Shown here in pieces: positions 31,888-40,928 of a stretch of DNA of 46,976 nucleotides; position 1 is the stretch's first letter; each line of letters begins with the position of its first letter. Where the stretch lies: positions 1 to 46,976 of the forward strand of contig JBAZXC010000007.1 of the NCBI GenBank assembly GCA_041660065.1. The letters are read 5' to 3'. Source of the DNA: Parcubacteria group bacterium (GTDB lineage Bacteria; Patescibacteriota; Minisyncoccia; Moranbacterales; GCA-2747515). Made by a program: the position numbers and the translations under genes. The notes below the pieces were generated by a model. That model did not search any database and was not told the origin of the DNA. It saw only the letters and a program-made list of their open reading frames with translations.

Positions 31888-34032
31888 ATGCCTAATGATG
31901 TTGGACAGAAGAAAATTATCGTTGATGCTGACGAGGAGATCACAACCGTGATCGATCATCTTCGTTATGCACGTAGTAATAACATCGTACTGGTCGTGCC
32001 ACAGCGAGCAGTAATTTTGCAAAGTGTGGTAAATTTGAAGCTCCTGGCGCAAGAAGCACAAAAAATGCACAAAAAAATTGTCATTGTTACACAAGATGAA
32101 GGGGGTATTACTTTTGCACAACGTGCGGGAATTGGTGCGCAACCATTTTCTGTGGAAGATGAGATCGCAGTTGCACAACAACCGCCAACGGTGAAATCAC
32201 AGAGGAGTGATATATCGCAACATGTGCAGAATAGTGACATAAGAGAAAAGAGAAAGCAAAAAGGCATCGGCTCGGATGTTTTTTTTGCACGAGAGCCGTT
32301 CGTATCTGCTGATATCGGTGATACGCAAATGAAATATGAATCCGTGGAGAGGCGTGATAGCGGGCAACCGACGGTTATGAATTCCTCGCAACGAATTGTG
32401 CGTGCCGATACGCTCGCACAACAAAAAAATGGTGATCGCACACAAGATGAAGTCTACGGATATCCGGCACAAATGTCTGTAAAAAAAAGGAATAGCATCG
32501 ACGAGCGGAGGGTTATGCACGACGGCAGAGGACAGACTGTTGCGCAACGTGATCGCATGTATACTACAGCGACACAAAAAAAACACATAGCACAAGAGCA
32601 TAACACATTTACACAAAGTGATCATGATCGTCTTGATGATGAAATTGTGCAATATGAGCGCGCTTTGAAACAATCACGCGTGCAAATTGCCGCGTCACCA
32701 CAGCTTGTTGCGCAAAAAAATAGTTATGCATCTGATGATACACAACAATATCATACGTCAAAACATAACCACCCAATGCAGATAAAAAGATCATTTTATG
32801 CTAAGGAAAAAATAGGTGGCTCGGATATGATCAATGTGTCCAGCCCTGCACGATATTTGGTGAAGAGTTTATTGTGGGGTGGTGTTATCCTTATCTTGAT
32901 TATTATAATGGTGGTGATCTTGCCGAAGACATCGATCTCAGTTACGCCAAAAGATATTGTTATTGACGATACGGTAGAGGTTACTGCTCGTACGGATCAA
33001 ATGGTATTTGACAGTGATCGTCGTATTGTCCCCGCGCGTATGATCGAACGGGATATCACATTTACAAAAAGTTTTAATGCAACAGGTAGCGGTGACGTGA
33101 GTGCACAGAAAGCGCAAGGAACGATTACTATTTACAATGCGTATGATGATCAGCCACAGCAACTTGTGGCAAGTACGAGGTTTTTGTCGTCGGATGGAAT
33201 ATTATTTCGTTTGGTAAAAACAACAACTGTGCCGGGTATGAAAGAAGGATCACCGGGTACGGTGGAAGCATTGGTTATGGCAGACAAGGCGGGGACGGAA
33301 GGCAATGTTGGTCCAACACGTTTTTCTATACCGGGGTTTAGCAGTGGTCCGAAAAAGGAAAAATTTTATGCGATAAGCGACCATGCGATGACAGGCGGTG
33401 GCACAGGAGGAAACGGTGTCGCATTGGTCAGTGAGGACGATATTGCTCGCGCACAAAAAGATATGGAGGCGGGGATGTCGCAGTATGTGCAAGAACAATT
33501 ATCTACAATGATCCGTCCGGAAAGTGAAATATTATTACCAGAGGCGGTTATGTCGACCATTTCTCGATCAGAATCAAGTGTAAGTGCGAAAACAATGGGA
33601 GAGCAATTCATGTACGAAGTCGTTGCACACGTGCAAGCGATTGTCTTCGTACAGGAAGATGTGGTTGCCATTCTTGCAAAAAGTGTTTCCATACCGGAAG
33701 GTGTGGGCATAGAGGACATAAAAATGCAACTGTCGTTCAATGATGTAAAATTGGATCAAGAAAATAACATGATAAAATTTAGTGCACGTGGTAGTGCCAC
33801 GATGGTTGCACATGTTTCTGCAAAAGATTTCAAAAATGACATTATTGGGAAAAAGCATGATGAGATATTACCGATCATCAAGGAAAAATATGCAAAGACC
33901 ATTGAAAAGATCACGATCAAGAGCGTTGTGCCCGGCGCACCGCAGTTTTTGGCAGAAAGAATCTCACGTTTTGGCTTCATGACACAAATATCGATCGAAC
34001 CGTCAGGGATGCAATCCGTGCAGGAAAAATGA
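31888..34032 (+). CDS. Hypothetical bitopic membrane protein (conserved N-domain, Q-rich linker, one TM; the ectodomain is possibly baseplate-J-like)
   Basis: 714 aa with TM LLWGGVILILIIIMVVIL. The baseplate-J resemblance rests on the motif ADKAGTEGNVGP only. Confidence 0.7.
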   Translation: MPNDVGQKKIIVDADEEITTVIDHLRYARSNNIVLVVPQRAVILQSVVNLKLLAQEAQKMHKKIVIVTQDEGGITFAQRAGIGAQPFSVEDEIAVAQQPPTVKSQRSDISQHVQNSDIREKRKQKGIGSDVFFAREPFVSADIGDTQMKYESVERRDSGQPTVMNSSQRIVRADTLAQQKNGDRTQDEVYGYPAQMSVKKRNSIDERRVMHDGRGQTVAQRDRMYTTATQKKHIAQEHNTFTQSDHDRLDDEIVQYERALKQSRVQIAASPQLVAQKNSYASDDTQQYHTSKHNHPMQIKRSFYAKEKIGGSDMINVSSPARYLVKSLLWGGVILILIIIMVVILPKTSISVTPKDIVIDDTVEVTARTDQMVFDSDRRIVPARMIERDITFTKSFNATGSGDVSAQKAQGTITIYNAYDDQPQQLVASTRFLSSDGILFRLVKTTTVPGMKEGSPGTVEALVMADKAGTEGNVGPTRFSIPGFSSGPKKEKFYAISDHAMTGGGTGGNGVALVSEDDIARAQKDMEAGMSQYVQEQLSTMIRPESEILLPEAVMSTISRSESSVSAKTMGEQFMYEVVAHVQAIVFVQEDVVAILAKSVSIPEGVGIEDIKMQLSFNDVKLDQENNMIKFSARGSATMVAHVSAKDFKNDIIGKKHDEILPIIKEKYAKTIEKITIKSVVPGAPQFLAERISRFGFMTQISIEPSGMQSVQEK

Positions 34033-34048
34033 CAAAAATGAAATGCTC

Positions 34049-34076
34049 TTGACAATTTTTGGATGTTTGGTAGTAT
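34049..34076 (+). promoter_or_regulatory. Putative promoter of the infA-ribosomal protein operon
   Basis: TTGACA-16 nt-TAGTAT, about 150 nt upstream of infA. Confidence 0.5.
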
Positions 34077-34226
34077 GGATACTACATGTTCGAGAAAATA
34101 TTATACCAATAAGCACGAAGAGGTTTTCCAGTTGTATATAGTCACGATTTAGGAATGAGATTGTGCGGAATAATACCCTCTTGTTTTTTGTTGTTATAAA
34201 TGTTTTTAGAATATATTACGTAAAAT

Positions 34227-34442
34227 ATGGCGAAAAAGGATACGATCAAGCTGGAAGGCATTATAATTGAAACATTGCCGAGTACCATGTTTCGTGTGAA
34301 GTTGGATAATGGACACGAAGTGTTGGCACATATATCGGGACGCATGCGTGTGCATTACATTCGCTTGCTTCCGGGAGATCGTGTTTTGGTGGAGATGAGT
34401 CCATACGACCTGTCAAAAGGTCGTATAACCCAGAGGTTGTAA
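34227..34442 (+). CDS. infA: Translation initiation factor IF-1
   Basis: 71 aa S1-like fold: [41 protein letters not shown]. Confidence 0.97.
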   Translation: MAKKDTIKLEGIIIETLPSTMFRVKLDNGHEVLAHISGRMRVHYIRLLPGDRVLVEMSPYDLSKGRITQRL

Positions 34443-34462
34443 ATTTGTTAAGTTTGAAAAAG

Positions 34463-34576
34463 ATGAAGGTTCGTGCATCAGCAAAAAAAATGTGCAAGCA
34501 GTGTAAAGTTGTCCGTCGTCGCGGACGCGTGTATGTTATTTGTGTCAACCCAAAACACAAACAACGACAAGGGTAA
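34463..34576 (+). CDS. rpmJ: 50S ribosomal protein L36
   Basis: Hand-translated as [37 protein letters not shown] (37 aa). Absent from the ORF track because it is under 60 aa. Confidence 0.93.
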   Translation: MKVRASAKKMCKQCKVVRRRGRVYVICVNPKHKQRQG

Positions 34577-34596
34577 TTTTTAGAGGTTTTTATATT

Positions 34597-34986
34597 ATGA
34601 TTCGTATCGCAGGCGTAAATATACCGGATGAAAAATGTATCGATGTGTCATTGACGTATGTTTTTGGCATTGGTATCGTTACGAGTAGAAAAATTCTTAC
34701 AGAGCTTGGTATTGATCCAACAACCCGCACAAAAGATGTTTCTGAAAAAGACTCAAATCGATTGCGTGATGTGATCGAAAAACAGTACAGTGTAGAAGGA
34801 GAATTGCGTCATGAGAGAAAAATGAATATTCGCCGGCTTAAAGAGATCAATTGTTATCGCGGTACACGACATCAACGCGGATTGCCTGTGCGAGGACAAC
34901 GGACAAAAACAAATAATCGTACAGTGCGTGGCAATAAGCGTGTGACGATGGGAAGCGGTCGTGCATCTTCGGCATCGAAAACATAA
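34597..34986 (+). CDS. rpsM: 30S ribosomal protein S13
   Basis: MIRIAGVNIPDEK start and C-terminal RGQRTKTNNRT. Confidence 0.95.
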   Translation: MIRIAGVNIPDEKCIDVSLTYVFGIGIVTSRKILTELGIDPTTRTKDVSEKDSNRLRDVIEKQYSVEGELRHERKMNIRRLKEINCYRGTRHQRGLPVRGQRTKTNNRTVRGNKRVTMGSGRASSASKT

Positions 34987-35059
34987 ACGTGCTTACGCAG
35001 TATGCGTATAGTGATTTTTTATCAAAAACAAGGTTTTATATTTATATTATTACAGAGTC

Positions 35060-35542
35060 ATGAGTGATGAAATGAAGACAACAAAAGATAAACGCCATGT
35101 CGCAGGAGCATCGACTACGAATGTTGCTACAGAAGCCGTCGCAGAGAAAGATGTTGTGCCAACTGTAGGCGGACGAAAAAAGAGTGGTGCGCGACAGATC
35201 CGTAAAGGACAGGCGCATGTGCAGTCCACATACAACAATACGATCATCACAGTTACGGACCTCAATGGTGCTGTGTTGGGATGGTCAAGTGCAGGATCAC
35301 TGGGCTTCAAAGGTGCAAAAAAATCCACACCGTATGCAGCGTCGCAAATCGTCAATGCTGTTGTGGAAAAGATCCAAAAAAATAATATGAAAGAATTGCA
35401 GATCTTTGTCAAAGGTGTTGGCGGAGGTCGTGATGCGGCAATTCGTGCTTTTGCAGCAAAAGGTTTTGAGATCACACTGATCAAAGATCTTACGCCGGTA
35501 GCACACAATGGCAGTCGACGTCGCAAACCGCGTCGCGTGTAA
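35060..35542 (+). CDS. rpsK: 30S ribosomal protein S11 (with an N-terminal extension of about 35 aa)
   Basis: AHVQSTYNNTIITVTD, GFKGAKKSTPYAA, PHNG-type C-terminus. Confidence 0.95.
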   Translation: MSDEMKTTKDKRHVAGASTTNVATEAVAEKDVVPTVGGRKKSGARQIRKGQAHVQSTYNNTIITVTDLNGAVLGWSSAGSLGFKGAKKSTPYAASQIVNAVVEKIQKNNMKELQIFVKGVGGGRDAAIRAFAAKGFEITLIKDLTPVAHNGSRRRKPRRV

Positions 35543-35587
35543 TGATATTTTTATAACATATATTTAATTTAAACAGTATACAAGGAT

Positions 35588-36208
35588 ATGGCCCGATATA
35601 GAGGATCAAAAGCAAAAATATGTCGTCGATTTGGTGAGAATATTTATGGATCAGAGAAATATGATCGTATTTTGGCGCGAAAAAACTATGCACCGGGAGT
35701 GCACGGAAAGAGTTTTTCTCGTAACAAAAGCGAATTTGGACGACAGCTTCTCATGAAGCAAAAGGCGAAGTATATCTATGGTATATTGGAAAAACAATTT
35801 CGCAAACACTATGAAGATGTCAAAAACCGTCCAGGTGTGACTGGTGAATTGCTACTTGCACGTTTGGAACAACGATTGGATAATGTGGTGTATCGTCTTG
35901 GTTTTGCAAATACACGACCGCAGGCGCGACAAATTGTCAATCATGCGATGATCTGTGTAAACGGAAAGAAAGTATCAATTCCATCCTATGAAGTGAAGGT
36001 TGGTGATGAGATCACAATCAATCCGACAAAAAAAGACAACGGATATTTCAAAAATCAAGAACAATATATTACAAACAAGAAAAACGTTTCACGATGGCTC
36101 TCATTGGATGCAAAGAAGGCAGTGGGAAAGGTTGTTGCATTGCCAAAGAAAGATGATTTTGATGCAAATATCAATGTGCAGGTGATCGTTGAGTTTTATT
36201 CCAAATAA
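35588..36208 (+). CDS. rpsD: 30S ribosomal protein S4
   Basis: MARYRGSKAKICRRFG start and an S4 RNA-binding domain. Confidence 0.96.
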   Translation: MARYRGSKAKICRRFGENIYGSEKYDRILARKNYAPGVHGKSFSRNKSEFGRQLLMKQKAKYIYGILEKQFRKHYEDVKNRPGVTGELLLARLEQRLDNVVYRLGFANTRPQARQIVNHAMICVNGKKVSIPSYEVKVGDEITINPTKKDNGYFKNQEQYITNKKNVSRWLSLDAKKAVGKVVALPKKDDFDANINVQVIVEFYSK

Positions 36209-36245
36209 TTTTTTTACCTTTTTATTAATTTGCTAAAAAAAAGAT

Positions 36246-36953
36246 ATGTCAATCATTTCAGTACCACAAGCATCACAATATACTGAAGGAAAAAACAATA
36301 CGGGAACAATAGAAATTCCCGCATGTTTTCCTGGGTATGGCACGACGCTTGGCAATGCAATCAGACGCGTTCTCCTGTCTTCTATCGAGGGTGCAGCGAT
36401 TACTTCCATAAAGATCAAGGGTGTATCGCACGAATTTTCGGCGATTGATGGTGTATTGGAAGATGTCGTCCAGATCATTTTGAATCTCAAACACGTGCGC
36501 TTTCATATGCATGGCGATGAAAAAATGACCGCAACAATAAAGGCGAAGGGAGAATGTTCTGTGACTGCGGCGGATATTGAAACATCTTCGGGACTTGAAG
36601 TGGTGGATGGCACACAGCATATTGCAACACTAACAGACAAAAAAGCGAGTCTTGAAATAGAGCTTGCAGTTGAAAAGGGTATCGGGTATGTACCATCGGA
36701 TCAGCATAGCGCTGATGAACGAGAAGTAGGTGCCATTATGATCGATGCTGTATATACACCGGTAAAACGGGTAAATTACAATGTGGAGAATATGCGTGTC
36801 GGAAAAAGAACGGATTATGAAAAAGTGACGCTGGAAATTGTAACAGATGGAAGTATTACACCACAAGAAGCCTTTGATCATGCCGTTGATATTCTCGTGG
36901 AACAGTTTAGCGTTTTATCGTCCGGCAATACGCAGGCGGTGATCGAAGAATAA
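36246..36953 (+). CDS. rpoA: DNA-directed RNA polymerase alpha subunit, N-terminal domain only (235 aa)
   Basis: GYGTTLGNAIRRVLLSSIEG and the dimerisation/insert domain are present. The ORF ends 19 nt before rplQ without a C-terminal domain. Confidence 0.9.
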   Translation: MSIISVPQASQYTEGKNNTGTIEIPACFPGYGTTLGNAIRRVLLSSIEGAAITSIKIKGVSHEFSAIDGVLEDVVQIILNLKHVRFHMHGDEKMTATIKAKGECSVTAADIETSSGLEVVDGTQHIATLTDKKASLEIELAVEKGIGYVPSDQHSADEREVGAIMIDAVYTPVKRVNYNVENMRVGKRTDYEKVTLEIVTDGSITPQEAFDHAVDILVEQFSVLSSGNTQAVIEE

Positions 36954-36972
36954 ATAGGTTAATTATAGAGTC

Positions 36973-37398
36973 ATGAAACACCGAAAAACCGGAAGACAAT
37001 TTGGACGCGTGCGTTCGCAAAGAAAAGCTCTTATGCATTCACTTTTGAGTAGTTTATTGATCCATGGGCGGATAGAAACGACAGAGGCAAAGGCAAAAGA
37101 AACAAAAGATGCTATTGATAAGATTATCACAAAAGCAAAGCGTGCTGTGGATTCGCGTATGGAGATTACACGTAAATTAAGCGGCAGCATTTCGCAAGAG
37201 GCGATCGTAGCTCTCATGGGTCATATGGAAAAATTTGACGCGCGTGTGAGCGGATATGCACGAGTCATCAAACTTGCGCCACGCAAAAGCGATAGTGCAC
37301 ATGTGGCAGTGATCGAATTGGTTGATTTGACTAAAAAAACAGCAAAAAAGAAAGAAACAGTCACGGAGAAAAAGCAAGTAAAAGAAAGTGCAAAGTAA
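36973..37398 (+). CDS. rplQ: 50S ribosomal protein L17 (Lys-rich C-terminal tail)
   Basis: MKHRKTGRQFGRVRSQRKALM start. Confidence 0.95.
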   Translation: MKHRKTGRQFGRVRSQRKALMHSLLSSLLIHGRIETTEAKAKETKDAIDKIITKAKRAVDSRMEITRKLSGSISQEAIVALMGHMEKFDARVSGYARVIKLAPRKSDSAHVAVIELVDLTKKTAKKKETVTEKKQVKESAK

Positions 37399-37428
37399 AT
37401 CGTATTTTTTAAAGATTGAATCAAAAAC

Positions 37429-37818
37429 ATGGAACGGCAATATCATCTATTTGACGCAAATAACAAAGTGCTGGGGCGATTATCAACAAAAATTGCGCGC
37501 GTTTTGATGGGCAAGGACAAAGTGGATTATGCTCCACACATCGACGGTGGAGATGCTGTCGTTGTGATCAATGCGCAGAACGTTGCATTGACAGGCAATA
37601 AGGAAAAGAAGAAAGTATATTTTGATTTCAGCGGGTATGCTGGTGGTATTACAGAAAAGACAGCGGGAGAACTGCGAGAAAAAAATGCCACAGAGATCAT
37701 TCGACGATCTGTTTTTGGGATGTTGCCAAAAAATAAATTGGGGAGTCAGATGCAAAAGAGGCTTTTTATTTATAACGATGGCGAATACGCAGAAAAAATT
37801 GATGTGACACATGCGTAG
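37429..37818 (+). CDS. rplM: 50S ribosomal protein L13
   Basis: LGRLSTKIARVLMGKDK; VVINA..V.LTGNK. Confidence 0.95.
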   Translation: MERQYHLFDANNKVLGRLSTKIARVLMGKDKVDYAPHIDGGDAVVVINAQNVALTGNKEKKKVYFDFSGYAGGITEKTAGELREKNATEIIRRSVFGMLPKNKLGSQMQKRLFIYNDGEYAEKIDVTHA

Positions 37819-37850
37819 TAAAGAAACGTAATTTTTCGAAATAATATTTT

Positions 37851-38300
37851 ATGGTGACGAAGAAACAAGAAAAAGAGGCAAAAAACACGTTTTTTGATGG
37901 TGTATATCATTTTGCCGTTGGCCGTAGAAAAGCTGCAGTTGCACAGGTGCGCGTATATTGCGATAAAGTGGGTGTTGATAACGCCGGTTTGGTGGTGAAT
38001 GGCAAAGTTTTCGATCGATACTTCATGACAAATACACAAAAAGAATCATTTCTTGGTGCATTAAAAGTTACCGGCTTGTATGAAAAGTGCTCTGTCTCTG
38101 TTGTTGTAAAAGGTGGCGGTTTATCGGGTCAGGCGGATGCGGCACGCCTAGGGATTGCACGTGCTTTGGTAAAATATGATGATGCGCTGCGGTCCGTATT
38201 GCGTGCACAAGGATTTTTGACACGTGACGCACGTGTAGTTGAACGTAAAAAACCGGGACTTCGCAAGGCACGACGTGCTCCTCAGTGGGCAAAACGTTAG
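37851..38300 (+). CDS. rpsI: 30S ribosomal protein S9
   Basis: GGGLSGQADAARLGIARAL and C-terminal RKKPGLRKARRAPQWAKR. Confidence 0.96.
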   Translation: MVTKKQEKEAKNTFFDGVYHFAVGRRKAAVAQVRVYCDKVGVDNAGLVVNGKVFDRYFMTNTQKESFLGALKVTGLYEKCSVSVVVKGGGLSGQADAARLGIARALVKYDDALRSVLRAQGFLTRDARVVERKKPGLRKARRAPQWAKR

Positions 38301-38335
38301 TTTTGATAACGTGGAAAAGGTATTCCACATTTGCA

Positions 38336-38370
38336 AGAGCAGGTTTGCAACCTGCTTCTTTTGTTTTTTG
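38336..38370 (+). terminator. Rho-independent terminator of the ribosomal protein operon
   Basis: AGAGCAGGTT-TGC-AACCTGCTTCT followed by TTTGTTTTTT. Confidence 0.75.
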
Positions 38371-38380
38371 ACTGTAAATA

Positions 38381-38407
38381 AAAAAGGAGAAGAGCATTCT
38401 CCTTTTT
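38381..38407. terminator. Bidirectional hairpin terminator
   Basis: AAAAAGGAGA-AGAGCAT-TCTCCTTTTT. Confidence 0.75.
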
Positions 38408-38430
38408 AATGATGTGGCTTTGCCACTTCT

Positions 38431-38679
38431 TTATGGATTTATCCATGTTTTGTACATGTCCAGTATGATGACGCTGTCCATGCATTTGCCGAGTGTTGTA
38501 TTGATAGAATCTATGCACTCATTGCAAATGCAGGGAGAGGGGACTGAAACCGAAAGTAGGACACTTACGCCGTTGTGGACGAATTGTTGCACATCTTCAT
38601 GTACATGCGGTTTTTGAGAACGTGTGACAATTCTTTCGACAGCATCTTCATTTTTTCCGCAAAATGAACAGGTAAGCAT
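38431..38679 (-). CDS. Stand-alone ClpX-type C4 zinc-finger protein (82 aa)
   Basis: MLTCSFCGKNEDAVERIV matches the ClpX ZB motif CSFCGK. The second pair is CICNEC. GGAG RBS lies before ATG 38679. Confidence 0.6.
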   Translation of the reverse strand: MLTCSFCGKNEDAVERIVTRSQKPHVHEDVQQFVHNGVSVLLSVSVPSPCICNECIDSINTTLGKCMDSVIILDMYKTWINP

Positions 38680-38932
38680 ATAGGATCTCCTTTTTTGGAA
38701 GTATTTTTTAAGGTATGCCACCGTATGATAATGATATATTCATAGCATATTTTGTAGAATATGTAAAGGTATAGATTTTCAAAATTATCGCAAATTTACG
38801 CATAGAGTGTTTATTTTTGGACAAATACGGCACAATAGAGGGTTGAATATTCAGTGCGTAATCGCGACAAATATCTTTGACTTTTTTTTGTTCCTGTAGT
38901 AGCATGGGATAAGAATTATTTAAGTATATTTC

Positions 38933-39148
38933 ATGAATGCATTGTTGATCATACAGGTCATAATTTCCGTTTTGCTCATTGTTGCAATCCTTATGCAAAA
39001 TAAGGGGGAGGGATTGGGTGTGGTTGCCGGTGATTTTAGCGGTTCTTATCATACAAAAAGAGGTTTTGAAAAATTCTTGGTTCGCTCAACGGTTGTTCTG
39101 GCAGTAGCGTTTCTGGGCATTGCATTGCTTTCCGGCATGATCGGGTAG
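38933..39148 (+). CDS. secG: Preprotein translocase subunit SecG
   Basis: 71 aa, two TM helices, LMQNKGEGLG motif. Confidence 0.85.
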   Translation: MNALLIIQVIISVLLIVAILMQNKGEGLGVVAGDFSGSYHTKRGFEKFLVRSTVVLAVAFLGIALLSGMIG

Positions 39149-39240
39149 TGAATAATGTCTGCATTGGGCAGTGGTGTTTTAATGTGTAATATCCGTTTAT
39201 AAAATACTTTTCTTTTGTCACAATTCTGTCGCCGCGATAT

Positions 39241-40914
39241 TTGTTTCATCTCACAAGGAGTTTTTCCCTGAGAAACAAAATCATCATTGTTTTCTTGATG
39301 GCGATAATTATCGGAAGTGTCATATGGTGGGGCATCTCGCTATATCGCTATTTTACTGTACCCGTGCCGACGTATGGCGGACAGTATATTGAGGCTTTTG
39401 TTGGTCAACCGCGGTATATCAATCCTCTTCTTGCACATTCTTCCTCGACGGATAGAAGTTTGTCACAGTTGATTTTTAGTCGGTTGTTTGATTATAATGA
39501 AGATGGTATTTTACAACCGGATCTTGTTGAGCGTTTTGATGTCAGTGATGATGCAAGGGAATATACGATTTACCTTAAAAAAAACGTACAGTGGCATGAT
39601 CATCAGCCGTTTACGGCGGATGATGTCATATATACCACAAGTGTCGCACAGGATATTGCATACGGAGCTGTCGGTGTCAGTAATGAGACCCGTCTCTTGT
39701 GGCAAAATGTGGATGTGGAGAAGGTTGATGATTTCACGGTAAAATTTGTTCTCTCTGAACCAAATAGCATGTTCTTACATAATTTAAATATAGGCATATT
39801 GCCAAAACATATCTGGGAAAATATCAGTCCGGAGCAGTTTCAATTGTCGGAATTCAATCAAAAACCGATCGGAACAGGTCCGTATGAATTTGTTGATTAT
39901 GATGTTGATGATAACGGTATATCCTCATATATTCTTCGTGCAAATAAGTCATATTATGACGGTGAGCCATATATTACGAGATTCACGGTCAATTTTTATG
40001 CAACGCGCGATGAAGCTGTCATCGCGTATCATGACGGGAAAGTATCTGGCATTATCGTTGACAAAAAAGAGCATGTTGATTTTTTGCAAAGTAATGCAAA
40101 AAAAGAGTCGATCGAACTCCCGCACTATTTTGCAGTATTTTTTAATCAAACGAAGAGTGTGCCTCTGGCATATGATGAGGTGCGTGAAGCATTGTCGCGC
40201 GCAACTGATCGCGAGGTGATCATTGGAGATGTTTTCGGTGAGGACGCTGATATGCGGCGATCACCTTTTGCGGAGGGCGTTGTCGGATACAATGCGGATA
40301 AACAGCAAACGGGATTTGATCGTGAGGGAGCAAATGTTCTTTTGGAAGAAAAGGGATGGAAAAAGGGTGATGATGGCATTCGCGCAAAAGACGGCACCCG
40401 CTTGAGCATCACAGTACATATTAGTGCAAATCAGCCGCAGTCATCTCTTACAGCGGAATTATTGAAAGAACAGTGGCGGGAAGTTGGTGCAGAGGTGAAT
40501 ATTCAAGAACACGAAAAAGATGATCTCGAAAAAAATATTATACAACCACGAGATTATGATGCGATTCTATATGCACATCAGATGCGCTTTGAACCGGATC
40601 TATTGCCATTGTGGCATTCACGGGAAAAAAATGATCCCGGAATGAACTACGCACTTTTTTCGGATAAAAATATGGACGAAGCATTGGATAATTTTGCAAA
40701 AACAAAAGATATCAATGAGCAAAATTCACATTACACAGCGGAACAGGAGGCATTGCAAAAAGAAGTGCCGGCAGTGTTTCTTTTTGCGCCACGTATTTCT
40801 TTTATGCACAGTGACAAGATCAAGGGGGTCAACGTGCACAAGGTCAACGTGTCGTATGATCGGTATACAAATGTACATAAATGGTTTGTGAAAGAAAAAC
40901 GTATAAAAAAATAA
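39241..40914 (+). CDS. ABC transporter substrate-binding protein, family 5 (peptide/nickel type)
   Basis: N-terminal TM anchor and SBP_bac_5-like core (YTIYLKKNVQWHDHQPFTADDVIYT). TTG start as listed. Confidence 0.85.
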   Translation: MFHLTRSFSLRNKIIIVFLMAIIIGSVIWWGISLYRYFTVPVPTYGGQYIEAFVGQPRYINPLLAHSSSTDRSLSQLIFSRLFDYNEDGILQPDLVERFDVSDDAREYTIYLKKNVQWHDHQPFTADDVIYTTSVAQDIAYGAVGVSNETRLLWQNVDVEKVDDFTVKFVLSEPNSMFLHNLNIGILPKHIWENISPEQFQLSEFNQKPIGTGPYEFVDYDVDDNGISSYILRANKSYYDGEPYITRFTVNFYATRDEAVIAYHDGKVSGIIVDKKEHVDFLQSNAKKESIELPHYFAVFFNQTKSVPLAYDEVREALSRATDREVIIGDVFGEDADMRRSPFAEGVVGYNADKQQTGFDREGANVLLEEKGWKKGDDGIRAKDGTRLSITVHISANQPQSSLTAELLKEQWREVGAEVNIQEHEKDDLEKNIIQPRDYDAILYAHQMRFEPDLLPLWHSREKNDPGMNYALFSDKNMDEALDNFAKTKDINEQNSHYTAEQEALQKEVPAVFLFAPRISFMHSDKIKGVNVHKVNVSYDRYTNVHKWFVKEKRIKK

Positions 40915-40928
40915 ATTTTTAAAAAGTT

